Source of the DNA: Candidatus Multivoradales bacterium
GTDB lineage: Bacteria; Acidobacteriota; Thermoanaerobaculia; Multivoradales; JAHEKO01
DNA: 64,000 nucleotides
Direction of reading: 5' to 3'
Assembly (NCBI GenBank): GCA_965223855.1
Contig: CBDCXM010000009.1
Coordinates: 2,048,001-2,112,000 of the forward strand
The position numbers and the translations under genes are program-made. This document shows, in pieces, positions 1 through 11,043 of the stretch. Numbering within the stretch: the stretch's first letter is position 1; each line of letters starts with the position of its first letter. The notes under the pieces were generated by a model. The model was not told the DNA's origin. It made no database searches and saw nothing but the letters and a program-made list of their open reading frames with translations.

Positions 1-8
1 GACGTCGC

Positions 9-431
9 ATGAGCTCGGCGGTGCTGCGGCACGCCGGAGCCGGCTGGGAGGGGATCGAGCGGCGGCTCTACAAGACCGACGACGAGGGCCGCCATCGGGG
101 AGTCACTCGGCAGACGCTGTGCGCTGCCGGAACCCCCGGCCTGGCGAGTGAGACGCGCTACTTCGAGATCGAGCCGGGCGGCTTCTCGAGCCGCGAGCGC
201 CATCGACACGCTCACTTCGTGGTCGTCGTTCGCGGCAGCGGTCGAGTCGAGCTCGACGGCGAGGAGCATGCGCTGCGGCAGTTCGACGCCGTCTACGTGG
301 CGCCGGGGAGTGTGCACCGGTTCCACGCCGATGCCGAGGCGCTGGGGTTCCTCTGCGTCGTCGACGGCGAGCGCGATCGCCCCGAGCCGGTCCCGGCCGC
401 GAACGAGACGTCTCAGCCGTCCGACAGCTGA
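9..431 (+). CDS. Cupin-domain protein (TM1459-like)
   Basis: Cupin metal motifs ERHRHAH and PGSVHRF; C-terminal FLCVVDGERDRP. Confidence 0.85.
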   Translation: MSSAVLRHAGAGWEGIERRLYKTDDEGRHRGVTRQTLCAAGTPGLASETRYFEIEPGGFSSRERHRHAHFVVVVRGSGRVELDGEEHALRQFDAVYVAPGSVHRFHADAEALGFLCVVDGERDRPEPVPAANETSQPSDS

Positions 432-1483
432 AAGCGAGCCCGCACCGCTTCGTCCGCGGGGAAGGGGAGCAGCGCCAGGCGCCGGTTGCCGATCCGCAGC
501 CACAGCCATTCGAGTTCGCGATCGCGCTCTTCGGGCTGGAGGCTCAGCAGGGTGCCCAGCTTGCGCGTTCCGTCGAGCTGCTCGACGAAGTGCTGCAGCC
601 GGCCCGGTACGTCGCTCATCGAACGCGCGTCGCCGTGATCGAGCCACAGCGCGTACATCTGACCCAGCACGGCCATCGGCATCGCCACGGTGGCGCCGAT
701 CGTCGCCCGGCGCTCGTCCTGGATCCGGTCGAGCATGATGTCGAGCAGCGAGAGGGTGACCGTGTCGGGGGCCGGTTCGCCCATACGGTCGATCGACAGC
801 ACACCTTTCGAGACCAGTGCGTCGGCTTCGGCAAGGAACGGCGCATAGCCTCCTCCCGTCGCTTCATGGAGCTGCGCCAGGGACAGGTCGCGCTGAAAGA
901 CGTCGACGATCCGTTTGCCGAGCGGTCCGAGGTCGCTTCCCGGCCACGCCCTGCCCTTCTGCAGCACCACCCCGTCGTGCGGCAGCCGTGCGCGGATCCT
1001 GTTCACTTCGTCGATCTGTCGAACGCCTTCGAGGATCAATGGCATCGGCTCGATCGGGTCGAACTGGAGGTTCGGGCGTGGCGGATTGTCCTCGAGGAGG
1101 AAGAAGACGCCGCGCGGCCACAGGAAGATGTCGATGATCGACTGGGCGGTCTGCTCCCGCAGGCAATCGGCGACCGCGCCGCGGTCGAGGATGCCCAGCT
1201 TGGCGAGCGCCTCGCCGAGCATCAGTCGACCGTCGCTCTGCTCGCATGCCGACAGTGCCGCGACCAGCTCGGCGTCCTCGACGTAACCCCCCGCGAGAAG
1301 GAAGCGACCGAAGAAGTCCCAGCTCTCGTTCGACAGACAGCCGACGATCGAGCCTTCGCGCAGCAGGATGCGCTTCTCGCGCGTGCTGCGGCGGACGGCG
1401 AGCGTACCGGTGACCTGGTCGTTGTGCGCCCACTGGAGAAGCTCCGCCGGAGGGAACGTCTCGAGCATTCCTGACATCTGCAT
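413..1483 (-). CDS. DUF4388-domain protein (copy 1)
   Basis: ATG at 1483 within track ORF 413..2314. N-terminus SGMLETFPPAELLQWAHNDQVTGTL, then IFLWPRGVFF and LILEGVRQIDE, typical of DUF4388. Confidence 0.75.
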   Translation of the reverse strand: MQMSGMLETFPPAELLQWAHNDQVTGTLAVRRSTREKRILLREGSIVGCLSNESWDFFGRFLLAGGYVEDAELVAALSACEQSDGRLMLGEALAKLGILDRGAVADCLREQTAQSIIDIFLWPRGVFFLLEDNPPRPNLQFDPIEPMPLILEGVRQIDEVNRIRARLPHDGVVLQKGRAWPGSDLGPLGKRIVDVFQRDLSLAQLHEATGGGYAPFLAEADALVSKGVLSIDRMGEPAPDTVTLSLLDIMLDRIQDERRATIGATVAMPMAVLGQMYALWLDHGDARSMSDVPGRLQHFVEQLDGTRKLGTLLSLQPEERDRELEWLWLRIGNRRLALLPFPADEAVRARFQLSDG

Positions 1484-1518
1484 GGTGGGATCCCGACCCG
1501 CACGGACCGTGCGAGGCG

Positions 1519-3447
1519 TTAGCTTACTGTCTCGTCGGCGGACTCGGCGAGCCGCTCCTCCAGATCTGCCCAGGTGCTCATGAGCTCCTCGATCTCTTCC
1601 TTGAGCCGTTTCTGCTCCTGCTCCAGCTTGTTGACCTGCTTGCGCGGCGTCGTGTCGAAGTAGGTGGGGTCGCAGAAAATCTCGTTGATCTCGTGGACCC
1701 GCGTTTCGGCGGCCTCGATCGCCTCGGTCGCTGCGTCGCGCTCGGCGCGCAGCCGGGTTAGATGGTTGCGGCCGCCCTCGCCGCCGCGCTTCGACGACTT
1801 GCGGGCGCGCTTCTGCTTGCGCGCCTTGCGCAACACCACCTCGGCATCGAGATGGTCGTCGCCGCACCGCTCGACGTACTCGTCGTAACTGCCGACGAAG
1901 TTCTCGATGCCGTCGTGCCGGATCTCGACGATCCGCGAGGCGAGTTGCGACACGAACCAGCGGTCGTGCGACACCAGCAGCAGGGTGCCGTCGTACTCCG
2001 AGAGGGCCGAGACGAGGGCCTCGATCGCCTCGAGGTCGAGGTGGTTGGTCGGTTCGTCGAGCACCAGCACATTCGGTTGCTCGATGCCGAGGCGGGCGAA
2101 GATCAGCCGCGCCGCCTCGCCGCCCGACAGCGCCTGGACCTTCTTCTCGACCTCCTCCTTCGAGAAGAGCACCTGGCCGAGGCGGTTGCGGACGTAGCCG
2201 ACACTCTCCCCCGGGCAACTGTCCCAGAGCCACGCTTCGACCGTCTGATTGGAGCCTTCCAGCAGCTCGCGGTGATCCTGGGCGAAGTAGCCGGGATAGG
2301 TCTCGTGGCCCCACTCGACGCTTCCTGAGTCCGCATCGAGCTTGTCGACGAGAATCTTGAGCAGCGTCGACTTGCCGATCCCGTTCGGTCCGATGATGGC
2401 AATGCGGTCGCCGCGCTGCACCGTCAGGTCGACGGCGTCGAGCACCCGGTTCTCTCCGTAGGCCTTGGAGAGTTCTTCGACCTCGAGCACCGTCTTGCCG
2501 CTCGGCCGTCGCTGTTCGAAGCGGAAGCGCGGATAGCGGCGAGAGCTTTGGGCCAGTGGCTCGAGGGCGTCGGCCTTCTTCTCGATCAGGCGCAGCTTGC
2601 TCTGTGCCTGTCGCGCCTTGGTCGCCTTCGCGCGGAAGCGCTCGACGAACGCCTCGTGGTGGGCGATCTCGCGCTCCTGCTTGGCGATCTCCTTCTCCTT
2701 GCGCTCGCGGTCCTCGGCCTTGGCGGCGGTGAAGGAGGAGTAGTCGCCGGTGTAGAGCGACACGGTTTCGTAGTCGACGTCGAGGATGTGGGTGCAGACG
2801 TTGTCGAGGAAGCGATGGTCGTGCGAGATCACCACCACCAGGCCCGAGAACTCCTGCAGGAAGATCTCGAGCCAGCGGATCGACAGGATGTCGAGGTGGT
2901 TGGTCGGCTCATCGAGGAGCAGCGCGTCCGGCCGCGAGGCGAGCGCCTGAGCGAGCAGCACCCGCAGCTTGAAACCACCCGAGAGTGCCGACATCGGCTC
3001 GCGGTGGCGGGCTGTCTCGATGCCGAGCCCCTCGAGGATCTCGCCGGCACGCGCTTCCGCCGAGTAGCCGTCGTTGGTAAGGATCAGCTCCTCGACGACG
3101 GCGTAGCGGTCGGCGTCGAACTCCTCGCCTGCGCGTGCGAGGATCGCCTCTTTCTCCACCATCGCGTCCCACAGCTCCGGATGGCCCTGCAGTACGACGT
3201 CGAGGATCGGCGTCTCCTCGTACTGGAAGTGATCCTGGCCCAGCACACCGATCCGCAGCCGCTTGGGGATCGCGACCGTCCCTTCGCTGGCCGGCTCTTC
3301 ACCGGTCAGCACCCTCAGCAGGGTCGATTTGCCGGAGCCGTTGGCCCCCACCAGGCCGTAGCGCTGGCCGGGATTCAGCTGGAAGGCGACGTCACGGAAA
3401 AGCGTCTGCGGTCCGAACGACTTGGACAGGCCGGAAACCGCGATCAT
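1519..3447 (-). CDS. ABC-F family ribosome-associated ATPase
   Basis: Two ABC cassettes (GANGSGKST/LSGG/DEPTNHLD; GPNGIGKST/LSGGE/DEPTNHLD), no transmembrane segments, coiled-coil C-terminus; ATG at 3447. Confidence 0.9.
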   Translation of the reverse strand: MIAVSGLSKSFGPQTLFRDVAFQLNPGQRYGLVGANGSGKSTLLRVLTGEEPASEGTVAIPKRLRIGVLGQDHFQYEETPILDVVLQGHPELWDAMVEKEAILARAGEEFDADRYAVVEELILTNDGYSAEARAGEILEGLGIETARHREPMSALSGGFKLRVLLAQALASRPDALLLDEPTNHLDILSIRWLEIFLQEFSGLVVVISHDHRFLDNVCTHILDVDYETVSLYTGDYSSFTAAKAEDRERKEKEIAKQEREIAHHEAFVERFRAKATKARQAQSKLRLIEKKADALEPLAQSSRRYPRFRFEQRRPSGKTVLEVEELSKAYGENRVLDAVDLTVQRGDRIAIIGPNGIGKSTLLKILVDKLDADSGSVEWGHETYPGYFAQDHRELLEGSNQTVEAWLWDSCPGESVGYVRNRLGQVLFSKEEVEKKVQALSGGEAARLIFARLGIEQPNVLVLDEPTNHLDLEAIEALVSALSEYDGTLLLVSHDRWFVSQLASRIVEIRHDGIENFVGSYDEYVERCGDDHLDAEVVLRKARKQKRARKSSKRGGEGGRNHLTRLRAERDAATEAIEAAETRVHEINEIFCDPTYFDTTPRKQVNKLEQEQKRLKEEIEELMSTWADLEERLAESADETVS

Positions 3448-3542
3448 CGGCCGGTCAAGATAGCACGTCCGTGCTGCTGGCTCGCTTGTTGCACAGGGCT
3501 GTAGGGTGAGGCTGTCCGGCGGGCGTCCGCCGGCCGATCCGA

Positions 3543-5984
3543 ATGGCGACCTCCAGACGCAAGCGACCCTCGACCGCCCCCGGCAAGTCGGCTGGCAAGT
3601 CGACCGGGCGGAGCACCGGGCAGAGTACGCGACAGCGGACGAAGCGGCGCCGCCGTGTCGTTCTGACGGCCCTTGCGGTTCTACTCGTCCTGGGGATCGG
3701 CTGGATGGTCTGGCCGTTCTGGCACCTGGCAGGGCAGTTCGCCGACCGTGCGGCGACCCAGCCGACACGTCTCTACGCCAGTCCCGTGAGCCTCGCCGTC
3801 GGGCAGGCGATGTCGCGCTCCGACGTCGTCAGCCGACTCGAGACGGACGGCTATCTCGCGACCGGAGGTGCCGCGCCTGGCCCGGGAGAATTCCGCAGCG
3901 ACGCGGCTCTCGTGGATGCTCACCTGCGGGCGGGGCCGTCGTCGAGCGGTTGGAAGGAGGCGCGCAGGGTCACGATCCGTTTCGCCGGCGGGAGGATCGC
4001 CGAGCTCAGCGAGGCGGGGCGTGAGGTCGATCGGCTTGAGCTCGAGGCGCCGTGGCTCGCGTCTCTCTACGGGCCGGAGCGCAGAGAGCGGCGGCCGGAG
4101 GCGCTCGAGGATCTGCCGGAGCACCTGACGCGCGCCGTCCTAGCCGCGGAGGATGCCCGCTTCTTCGATCATCAGGGGTTCTCGGTGCGCGGCATGGCGA
4201 GGGCGCTGTGGGTCAACGTGCGCGCCGGCGGCGTGCGGCAGGGCGGCAGCACGCTGACCCAGCAGCTGGTGAAGAACCTGTTCCTCACCCACGAACGCAC
4301 CGTCAGCCGGAAGTTGCGGGAGATCGTGCTCGCCGTCCTCGTCGACACCCGCTACTCGAAGCCGGCGATCCTCGGTGCCTACCTCAACGAGATCTACTGG
4401 GGGCAGCGGCACGGTGCCAACCTGATGGGGGTCGGCGCGGCCTCGAACGCCTACTTCGGCAAGGAGGCGTCGCGGCTGACGCTGTGCGAGGCGGCGGTGC
4501 TGGCAGGCATGATTCAGTCGCCCGGTCGCTACGATCCCGGCGTCCACCCCGAGCAGGCGACCGAGCGGCGCAACTGGGTGCTCAGCCGGATGGAGGCGCA
4601 GGAGTGGCTGACACCGGAGCGGGCGGCACGGGCTCGCGAGGAGCCTCTGTGCACCGGGGTCGGCCGCTCACCGCTCGGCGGAGCCTTCTACTTCAGGGAT
4701 CGGGTGCGCGCGGAGCTCGCCGAGCGCTTCTCGATCGACAACCTCGCCGACGGCGGCTACTCGGTGATGACGACTCTCGACCCGCGTCTCCAGGGGCTCG
4801 CCGAGGAGGCGGTGGCGTGGGGTGTGGAAGCGCTGGAGGAGGGGTGGGAGAAGGGCGCCGAGCGCGAGTCGCCGCTTCAGGCCGCCCTGGTTGCCGTCGA
4901 TCCCTCGACCGGTGGGCTGCGCGCCTATGTCGGCGGGCGTGACTATCGCGCCAGCCAGTTCGACCGCGCTTCTCAGGCGCGGCGGCAGGCGGGCAGCGCC
5001 TTCAAGCCGGTGGTCTATGCCGCGGCGTTCGAAGCGGGCTGGAATCCGGCCGACCTCCTGGCCGACGAGCCGCTGACGGTGCGGCGGGCCGGCTCCGGAG
5101 ACTGGCAGCCGCGCAACGACGACGGCCGCTTTCGCGGCTCGGTGTCGGCGCGCCAGGCTCTCGAGCTCAGCCTCAACGTCCCGACGGCGAGATTGGCGCT
5201 CGACGTCGGTCTCGGCGAGGTGGCCGACATGGCGGGCAGACTGGGGGTGCCGCGCCGGCTGCAGCAGGTGCCGTCGATGGCGCTCGGTGCGCTCGAGGTG
5301 ACGCCGCTCGAGCTGGCGACGGTCTACACGACGCTGGCCGGCGGCGGGGTAAGGCGGCCGACCCACGGGGTCGTAGCCGTGCTGTCGCCCGACGGGGAGC
5401 GGCTCGACGGTCGATCGCTGGCGGCGCCCTCGCCGGCGCTGCCCCCCGAGATCGCCTACCTCGTCACGTCGTCGCTCGAGGGGGTGTTCGATCGCGGGAC
5501 CGCAAAGGTGGTGCGCGGGTGGGGGATGACCGATCGTCTGGCAGGCAAGACCGGCACGACCAACGATCGGCGCGACAGCTGGTTCGGCGGCTACGCGCCG
5601 ACCCTGGCGACGCTCGTCTGGGTCGGTTACGACGACAATGCGACGACGAGGCTCTCGGGCGCGCGGGCGGCGTTACCGATCTGGAACCGTTTCATGTGGC
5701 GGGCACGACCCCGGGGCGGCTACCTTCCCGCCACGGCGCCCGACACCGTCGTCTCCGTGGCCGTCGATCCGCTGACCGGCGAGCGTGCCGCGCTCCGCTG
5801 TCCGCAGGTCGAGAGCGAAGTCTTTCCCGCGGACCGAGTTCCCGAGTCGCTATGCCGTCTCCACGCCGGAGCGTTCGAAAGGCGGCAGGAGTGGGAGCGC
5901 GACGACGGCCGGCGCGGGCGCTTCCGTCGTTGGTGGGACAGGGTCTTCCGCGGCCGTCGCAGCGACGACGATCCGCCGAACTGA
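3543..5984 (+). CDS. Class A penicillin-binding protein (PBP1b-like transglycosylase/transpeptidase)
   Basis: N-terminal TM helix; GT51 motifs EDARFFDHQG, GGSTLTQQLVKN, RKLRE; transpeptidase motifs SAFK, SLN, KTGT. Confidence 0.9.
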   Translation: MATSRRKRPSTAPGKSAGKSTGRSTGQSTRQRTKRRRRVVLTALAVLLVLGIGWMVWPFWHLAGQFADRAATQPTRLYASPVSLAVGQAMSRSDVVSRLETDGYLATGGAAPGPGEFRSDAALVDAHLRAGPSSSGWKEARRVTIRFAGGRIAELSEAGREVDRLELEAPWLASLYGPERRERRPEALEDLPEHLTRAVLAAEDARFFDHQGFSVRGMARALWVNVRAGGVRQGGSTLTQQLVKNLFLTHERTVSRKLREIVLAVLVDTRYSKPAILGAYLNEIYWGQRHGANLMGVGAASNAYFGKEASRLTLCEAAVLAGMIQSPGRYDPGVHPEQATERRNWVLSRMEAQEWLTPERAARAREEPLCTGVGRSPLGGAFYFRDRVRAELAERFSIDNLADGGYSVMTTLDPRLQGLAEEAVAWGVEALEEGWEKGAERESPLQAALVAVDPSTGGLRAYVGGRDYRASQFDRASQARRQAGSAFKPVVYAAAFEAGWNPADLLADEPLTVRRAGSGDWQPRNDDGRFRGSVSARQALELSLNVPTARLALDVGLGEVADMAGRLGVPRRLQQVPSMALGALEVTPLELATVYTTLAGGGVRRPTHGVVAVLSPDGERLDGRSLAAPSPALPPEIAYLVTSSLEGVFDRGTAKVVRGWGMTDRLAGKTGTTNDRRDSWFGGYAPTLATLVWVGYDDNATTRLSGARAALPIWNRFMWRARPRGGYLPATAPDTVVSVAVDPLTGERAALRCPQVESEVFPADRVPESLCRLHAGAFERRQEWERDDGRRGRFRRWWDRVFRGRRSDDDPPN

Positions 5985-5992
5985 CAAGAGGC

Positions 5993-7069
5993 TCAGCGCT
6001 GAGGGACGAGCCGCTCGACGATCTCCGTGAGCGCGGCGTTCTGTTCCAGCTCGTCGTCGAGGTGGCGCCGCCAGACCTCCCGAACGACCGACGGGATCGG
6101 CTCGAGCCGGGTGTAGAGGCCCGACACCGCCTCACCGTAGGCGACGTGGCTCGGGTCGACGACCCGACGCATCGTCTCCTCGGCCTGGACGAACATCAGG
6201 GTGTGCGGAATCTCGTAGAGCGCCTCGTCGCCGCGCTCGAGGCCGCGCTGCTCGAGCGCCTCTCTGAGGCGGCCGAAGACAGTCTGCGGTTCGCTCGAAG
6301 GATCCTCGAGGGCGTGGGTCGCCTCGTGGAGGATCAGTTCGAGGAACTGGGAGTCGAGAGAGTCGTCCATCGAAGCGAGCACGCTGACCGGCCGTCCGCC
6401 ACGCAGCGAGTAGGTCATCGCTCCTGGAGGATTCGCCTCGAGGACGAGGAAGACCGGTAGGGTCGTGCGTGGATCGGGGATCGCGAGTGACGTCAGCATG
6501 AAGCGGAACGCCTCCCGGTGTCGGGGCATCAGACGTTCCTCGACCAGGGCCAGCCGCCGCTCGAGGGCCTCTCGACGCGCCGGCCATCTGCTGTCCATGA
6601 ACTCCGGCATCTGACGAGCCAGGGCTCGGGCGAGCTGGACGGCGTCGTCGCGCAACGAGAGAGTGGTGCCGCGGCGCCTGTAGGGCTCAGGGAAGCCGAG
6701 GAAACCCTCCAGTAGCGTCTCGGGCGTCGAGGCGCTGAGCACCCGGGTGTCGATCGGTCCCCAGCCACCGAAGGTTCCGAGCGAGGCCTGGAGCCCGCGG
6801 GCCGCTTCGACCGCGTCCTCGTAGCCATCCCACGGCGGTGCTTCGGCGTCGGCCGCCTGCGCCCGGATCGCGAAGTAGAGGTCGACGAGCGGGTCGATTC
6901 TCAGCTCGAGGTAGTCGAAATCCGGGTCGGGTGAGGGCGAATCGTCCGATGGGCCGATGTCGGGAGCCGCGACAGCCGCCGGTTCTCCGGCGCTCGCCGG
7001 GGACATCCCCGAGAGGAAGCTCAGGACGAGGACCAGGGGGCAGATCCGTGACCGGCGCGGGGCGAACAT
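5993..7069 (-). CDS. Secreted hypothetical protein with HExxH motif (possible Zn metallopeptidase)
   Basis: ATG at 7069, signal-peptide-like N-terminus ending PASA, ILHEATHALED motif; 3' part of track ORF 5993..10066. Confidence 0.65.
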   Translation of the reverse strand: MFAPRRSRICPLVLVLSFLSGMSPASAGEPAAVAAPDIGPSDDSPSPDPDFDYLELRIDPLVDLYFAIRAQAADAEAPPWDGYEDAVEAARGLQASLGTFGGWGPIDTRVLSASTPETLLEGFLGFPEPYRRRGTTLSLRDDAVQLARALARQMPEFMDSRWPARREALERRLALVEERLMPRHREAFRFMLTSLAIPDPRTTLPVFLVLEANPPGAMTYSLRGGRPVSVLASMDDSLDSQFLELILHEATHALEDPSSEPQTVFGRLREALEQRGLERGDEALYEIPHTLMFVQAEETMRRVVDPSHVAYGEAVSGLYTRLEPIPSVVREVWRRHLDDELEQNAALTEIVERLVPQR

Positions 7070-7177
7070 GGGCGGCAGGCTAGCAGGCGCCCATGAGGAG
7101 ATCCCGCGGTTCGGTATGCTGGCGAGCTTCGGTCGGCGCGCTCCCGCGGGCGCCCTCGACCGTAGGGACCCGCCACC

Positions 7178-10015
7178 ATGACCGCGCCGACCGCCATCGA
7201 GGTCTACGGAGCTCGAACGCACAACCTGAAGGGGGTGGACTGCCGCATTCCCCATGGCCGTGTGACGGTCGTGACCGGCCCTTCGGGAGCCGGGAAGTCG
7301 TCGCTCGCCTTCGACACGGTGTTCGCGGAGGGGCAGCGGCGCTTCGTCGAGTCGATGTCGACCTACGCCCGGCAGTTCCTCGACCAGATGGAGCGGCCAC
7401 CGGTCGAGGACCTCGTCGGTGTGCTGCCGGCGGTGGCACTCGAGGCTCGCAACTCGGTGCGCAACGCCCGCTCGACGGTCGGCACCCTGACGGAGATCCA
7501 CGATGTGCTGCGCCTGCTCTTCACTCACCTCGGTCAAGTGCAGTGCCCGGCGGGCCACGGTGCGGCCGTGGCGACGACTCCCGCGGCCGCTGCCGGAGAG
7601 CTCGTGGAGGGAGCCGCCGGTGACAGCTTCCTCGTGCTCGCTCCTGTGGCCCGGCCCCGAAAGGGAGCCTCGAAGGCGCTGCGCGAGCTGGTGCGTCAGG
7701 GCTTCGGCCGACGGCTCGAAGGCGACGAGATCGTGCGGCTCGACTCGAAATCGGTTTGGCCGGCGGACTTCGATCCGCTCCCTCTGGTGCTCGGCCGGTT
7801 CCGCGCCGGAGGGGACAACCTCTCGCGTGTCACCGCGGCCGTCGAGGAGGCGTACCGGCTCGCTCGCGGGCGGGCGATCGGTCACGGCGAGGCGGTCCGA
7901 CACTTCAGCGCCGCTCCCGGCTGTCCGCGGTGCGGCATCGCGTTGCGGCGACCGGTGCCGGCGCTCTTCTCCTTCAACTCCCCGCTCGGCGCCTGCGCGG
8001 AGTGCCAGGGGTTCGGGCGGGTGATCGGCGTCGATCCCGGCCGCGTCGTGCCGGATCCCTCGCGAACCCTCGAAGAGCATCCGATCGCTCCCTGGAACAC
8101 GCCGGCCTACAGGAAGCACTACAAGAAGCTCTTCGCCGCCTGCCGCGAGGCCGGAGTGCCGCTCGACGTGCCATGGGCACGGCTGTCCGAGGCCGCGCGG
8201 GCGTTCGTCTGGGAGGGCAAGGGGCCGTTCCAGAGTGTGGCGAAGTTCTTCGCCCGCCTCGAGCGCAAGGCGTACCGGGTTCACGTGCGGGTGATGCTGG
8301 CGAAGTACCGCTCGTACGATCCGTGCCCGACCTGCCGCGGATCGCGCCTGCGGGCCGAGGCGCTCAGCGTCACGGTCCTCGACCGGACCCTGCCGTCCCT
8401 GACGAAGCTCAGTCTCGAGACGCTGCGGGGGTGGCTGGCCGAGGCACCGTGGAGCAAGCGCCAGCGGGAGGTCGCCGGACATCTGATCGAGCAGCTCGAA
8501 CACCGGGTAGCGGTGCTCCATCAGGTCGGGCTCGACTATCTGACGCTCGACCGCCAGGCGCGGACTCTCTCCGGCGGGGAGACGCAGCGGATTCATCTCG
8601 CCGCCTCGCTCGGGTCGGGCCTCACGCACACCCTTTACGTTCTCGATGAGCCGACGATCGGCCTGCACACGCGCGACAGTGAGCGGCTCCTGGCTCTGCT
8701 GCGGCAACTGGCGAAGCGCGGCAACACGGTGCTCGTGGTCGAGCACGACCGCACCATGATCGAAGGGGCCGACCACGTCATCGATCTCGGTCCGGCGGCC
8801 GGCGAGGGTGGGGGAGAGCTGATCGCCGAAGGCACGCCGGCCGAGATCCGTGCCTCCGAGACTTCGCTGACCGCCCGATACCTGCGGCGCCCGACCCGGG
8901 CCGAGGCCTCGCGACGCCACCTCGATCGCCGACGGCGGGAACTGGGACGTCGGCCGCTGGAGGCCCGGCTCGAGGAGCTGCCGCGCGTATCCATCCGCGG
9001 CGCCCGTGAGCACAACCTGGAGGGGATCGACGTCGACTTCCCGCTGGGCGCCCTGGTGGCGGTCACCGGCGTGTCGGGATCCGGGAAGTCGACGCTCATC
9101 GGCGACGTGCTGTTCGGCAACTACCAGCGCAGCATCGGCATTCCCGACGCCGAGCCGGGAGCGTGCGACGGCATCGAGGGGCTCGACGAGGTCGCCTACG
9201 TAGCGAGCGTCGATCAGCATCCGCTCGGCCGCTCGAGTCGGTCGAACCCGGTGACCTACCTCAAGGCGTACGACGCGATCCGCCGCGCCTTCGCCGAGGA
9301 GCCGGAGGCGAAGGCGGCCGGGATCACCCCGGGGCACTTCTCGTTCAACGTCGCCAAGGGGCGCTGCCCGGATTGCGAGGGGACGGGTGCGCTCGAGATC
9401 GACATGCAGTTCATGGCGCCGGTGTCGGTGCCTTGCGACCGCTGCCAGGGGCGGCGGTTCCAGCGACGGGTGATGGCGATCCGTCATCGCGGCCTCGACA
9501 TCGCGCAGACGCTGGAGCTCACCGTGCAGCAGGCGACCGCGCACTTCGAGGGGCAGCGCGGCCTCGTGAAGAAGCTCGGTCGGCTCATCGACGTCGGCCT
9601 CGGCTATCTGCGTCTGGGCCAGCCGACCGCCACGCTGTCGGGCGGCGAGGCGCAGCGTCTCAAGCTCGCTTCGTTCCTCGACCGGCCGCGCGCCGAGGGG
9701 AGGCGCCTGCTGCTGTTCGACGAACCGACGACCGGGCTGCATCTCTCCGACATCGATCAGCTCTACCGCACCCTGCGGCAGCTCGTGACGCGGGGGGACG
9801 GCCTGGTGGTGGTCGAGCACAATCTCGACCTGATCGCGCGTGCCGACTGGATCGTCGACCTCGGTCCCGGCGGCGGTGTACATGGCGGCCGACTGCTCTA
9901 TTCCGGCCCTCTCGAGCCGTTCCTCGACGGCGTGGACAGCCCTTCCGCCGACGCCTTGCGGGCACACCTCGGCCGCAGTCGAGTGCCGTCCGCTTCGGCC
10001 GCTCGGGCAGGCTAA
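7178..10015 (+). CDS. uvrA: Excinuclease ABC subunit A (UvrA, probably a divergent paralog)
   Basis: [65 protein letters not shown], Zn-finger CxxC pairs. Confidence 0.9.
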   Translation: MTAPTAIEVYGARTHNLKGVDCRIPHGRVTVVTGPSGAGKSSLAFDTVFAEGQRRFVESMSTYARQFLDQMERPPVEDLVGVLPAVALEARNSVRNARSTVGTLTEIHDVLRLLFTHLGQVQCPAGHGAAVATTPAAAAGELVEGAAGDSFLVLAPVARPRKGASKALRELVRQGFGRRLEGDEIVRLDSKSVWPADFDPLPLVLGRFRAGGDNLSRVTAAVEEAYRLARGRAIGHGEAVRHFSAAPGCPRCGIALRRPVPALFSFNSPLGACAECQGFGRVIGVDPGRVVPDPSRTLEEHPIAPWNTPAYRKHYKKLFAACREAGVPLDVPWARLSEAARAFVWEGKGPFQSVAKFFARLERKAYRVHVRVMLAKYRSYDPCPTCRGSRLRAEALSVTVLDRTLPSLTKLSLETLRGWLAEAPWSKRQREVAGHLIEQLEHRVAVLHQVGLDYLTLDRQARTLSGGETQRIHLAASLGSGLTHTLYVLDEPTIGLHTRDSERLLALLRQLAKRGNTVLVVEHDRTMIEGADHVIDLGPAAGEGGGELIAEGTPAEIRASETSLTARYLRRPTRAEASRRHLDRRRRELGRRPLEARLEELPRVSIRGAREHNLEGIDVDFPLGALVAVTGVSGSGKSTLIGDVLFGNYQRSIGIPDAEPGACDGIEGLDEVAYVASVDQHPLGRSSRSNPVTYLKAYDAIRRAFAEEPEAKAAGITPGHFSFNVAKGRCPDCEGTGALEIDMQFMAPVSVPCDRCQGRRFQRRVMAIRHRGLDIAQTLELTVQQATAHFEGQRGLVKKLGRLIDVGLGYLRLGQPTATLSGGEAQRLKLASFLDRPRAEGRRLLLFDEPTTGLHLSDIDQLYRTLRQLVTRGDGLVVVEHNLDLIARADWIVDLGPGGGVHGGRLLYSGPLEPFLDGVDSPSADALRAHLGRSRVPSASAARAG

Positions 10016-10025
10016 GATCCGCGTC

Positions 10026-10982
10026 GTGGGAATCCTCAACGAGCGTCGTCGCGGCTGGCTCGGCACCCTCGGTGCCGTGCTGCTGGGAGTGGTGCTGCTG
10101 GTGGCCGCGTGGACGAAGGCGATTCACCCGGACGCGTTCGTCGAGCAGATCGCTGCGGAAGGGCTCGACTTCTGGCTGTCGGCGCGCACCGTGGCGTACG
10201 TGGCGCTGGCGGTCGAGATCTTCCTCGGCATCGCGCTGCTGCTCAACGTTCGCCGCTGGTGGGTGCTCGCCCCCGCGGCGGCCCTGGTGGTGTTCTTCCT
10301 GTTCCTCACCGGAAAGGCCTACGTCGCCGACCTGCGCGGGCTCGAGCCCGCCTCGGAAAGCTGCGGCTGTTTCGGCAACCTCGTCGACCGGACGCCGGCT
10401 GAGGCCTTCTGGGGAGATCTGCTGCTGCTCGTGCCGCCGCTGCTGCTCGCCTGGTTCGCCCGACCCGGCGCCGAGTCGGCGACCTGGCGGACGACCGCTG
10501 CCGGCGCTCTGGCGCTGGCCGGCGTCGGCTTCGCGACGAAGGCGCCCGAGCTGCCGCTCGACGACCTGGCGACGCGGTTGAAGCCGGGGGTCGAGACGCA
10601 CGACCTGTGTGCGGGGAGACCCGACGACGTCGAGTACGTCTGCCTCGACGCGCTCGTGCCGGAGCTCGACGACGGGGAGCACTGGGTCGTTCTCACCCAG
10701 TTGGCGGAGCCGGCGTTCCTCGAGGGGGTGACGCCGATCCACGAGCACACCCTTGCGGCGGTCGACCCTCCGGTCTGGCTGGTGAGCGACGTCGAACCGG
10801 AGGCGCTCAACATCTTCACCTGGCAGCACATGATGGCGACCGAGGTTCGACTGGTGCCACCGTCTCTCATGAGCCCGCTGTTCCGCGCCCTGCCGCGGTC
10901 GTTCAGGGTCGTCGACGGCGAGGTCGTCGAGACCCTTCAGGGAATGCCGCCACTGGCGGCATCGGTTGCTCCCGCCGGCTGA
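10026..10982 (+). CDS. MauE/DoxX-family redox-associated membrane protein with C-terminal soluble domain
   Basis: GTG at 10026; several TM helices, AAWTK motif, SCGCFG motif. Confidence 0.7.
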   Translation: MGILNERRRGWLGTLGAVLLGVVLLVAAWTKAIHPDAFVEQIAAEGLDFWLSARTVAYVALAVEIFLGIALLLNVRRWWVLAPAAALVVFFLFLTGKAYVADLRGLEPASESCGCFGNLVDRTPAEAFWGDLLLLVPPLLLAWFARPGAESATWRTTAAGALALAGVGFATKAPELPLDDLATRLKPGVETHDLCAGRPDDVEYVCLDALVPELDDGEHWVVLTQLAEPAFLEGVTPIHEHTLAAVDPPVWLVSDVEPEALNIFTWQHMMATEVRLVPPSLMSPLFRALPRSFRVVDGEVVETLQGMPPLAASVAPAG

Positions 10983-11043
10983 ATCGACACCCGATTCGTC
11001 GATCGAGCCGCCCTGCTAAGCTCCCCCGCCGGAGGAATTTGCC

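Noticed and set aside
5993-10066. 1357-aa minus-strand ORF
   Set aside because: The first ~1000 codons are the antisense shadow of uvrA in high-GC DNA; only 5993-7069 looks like a real gene
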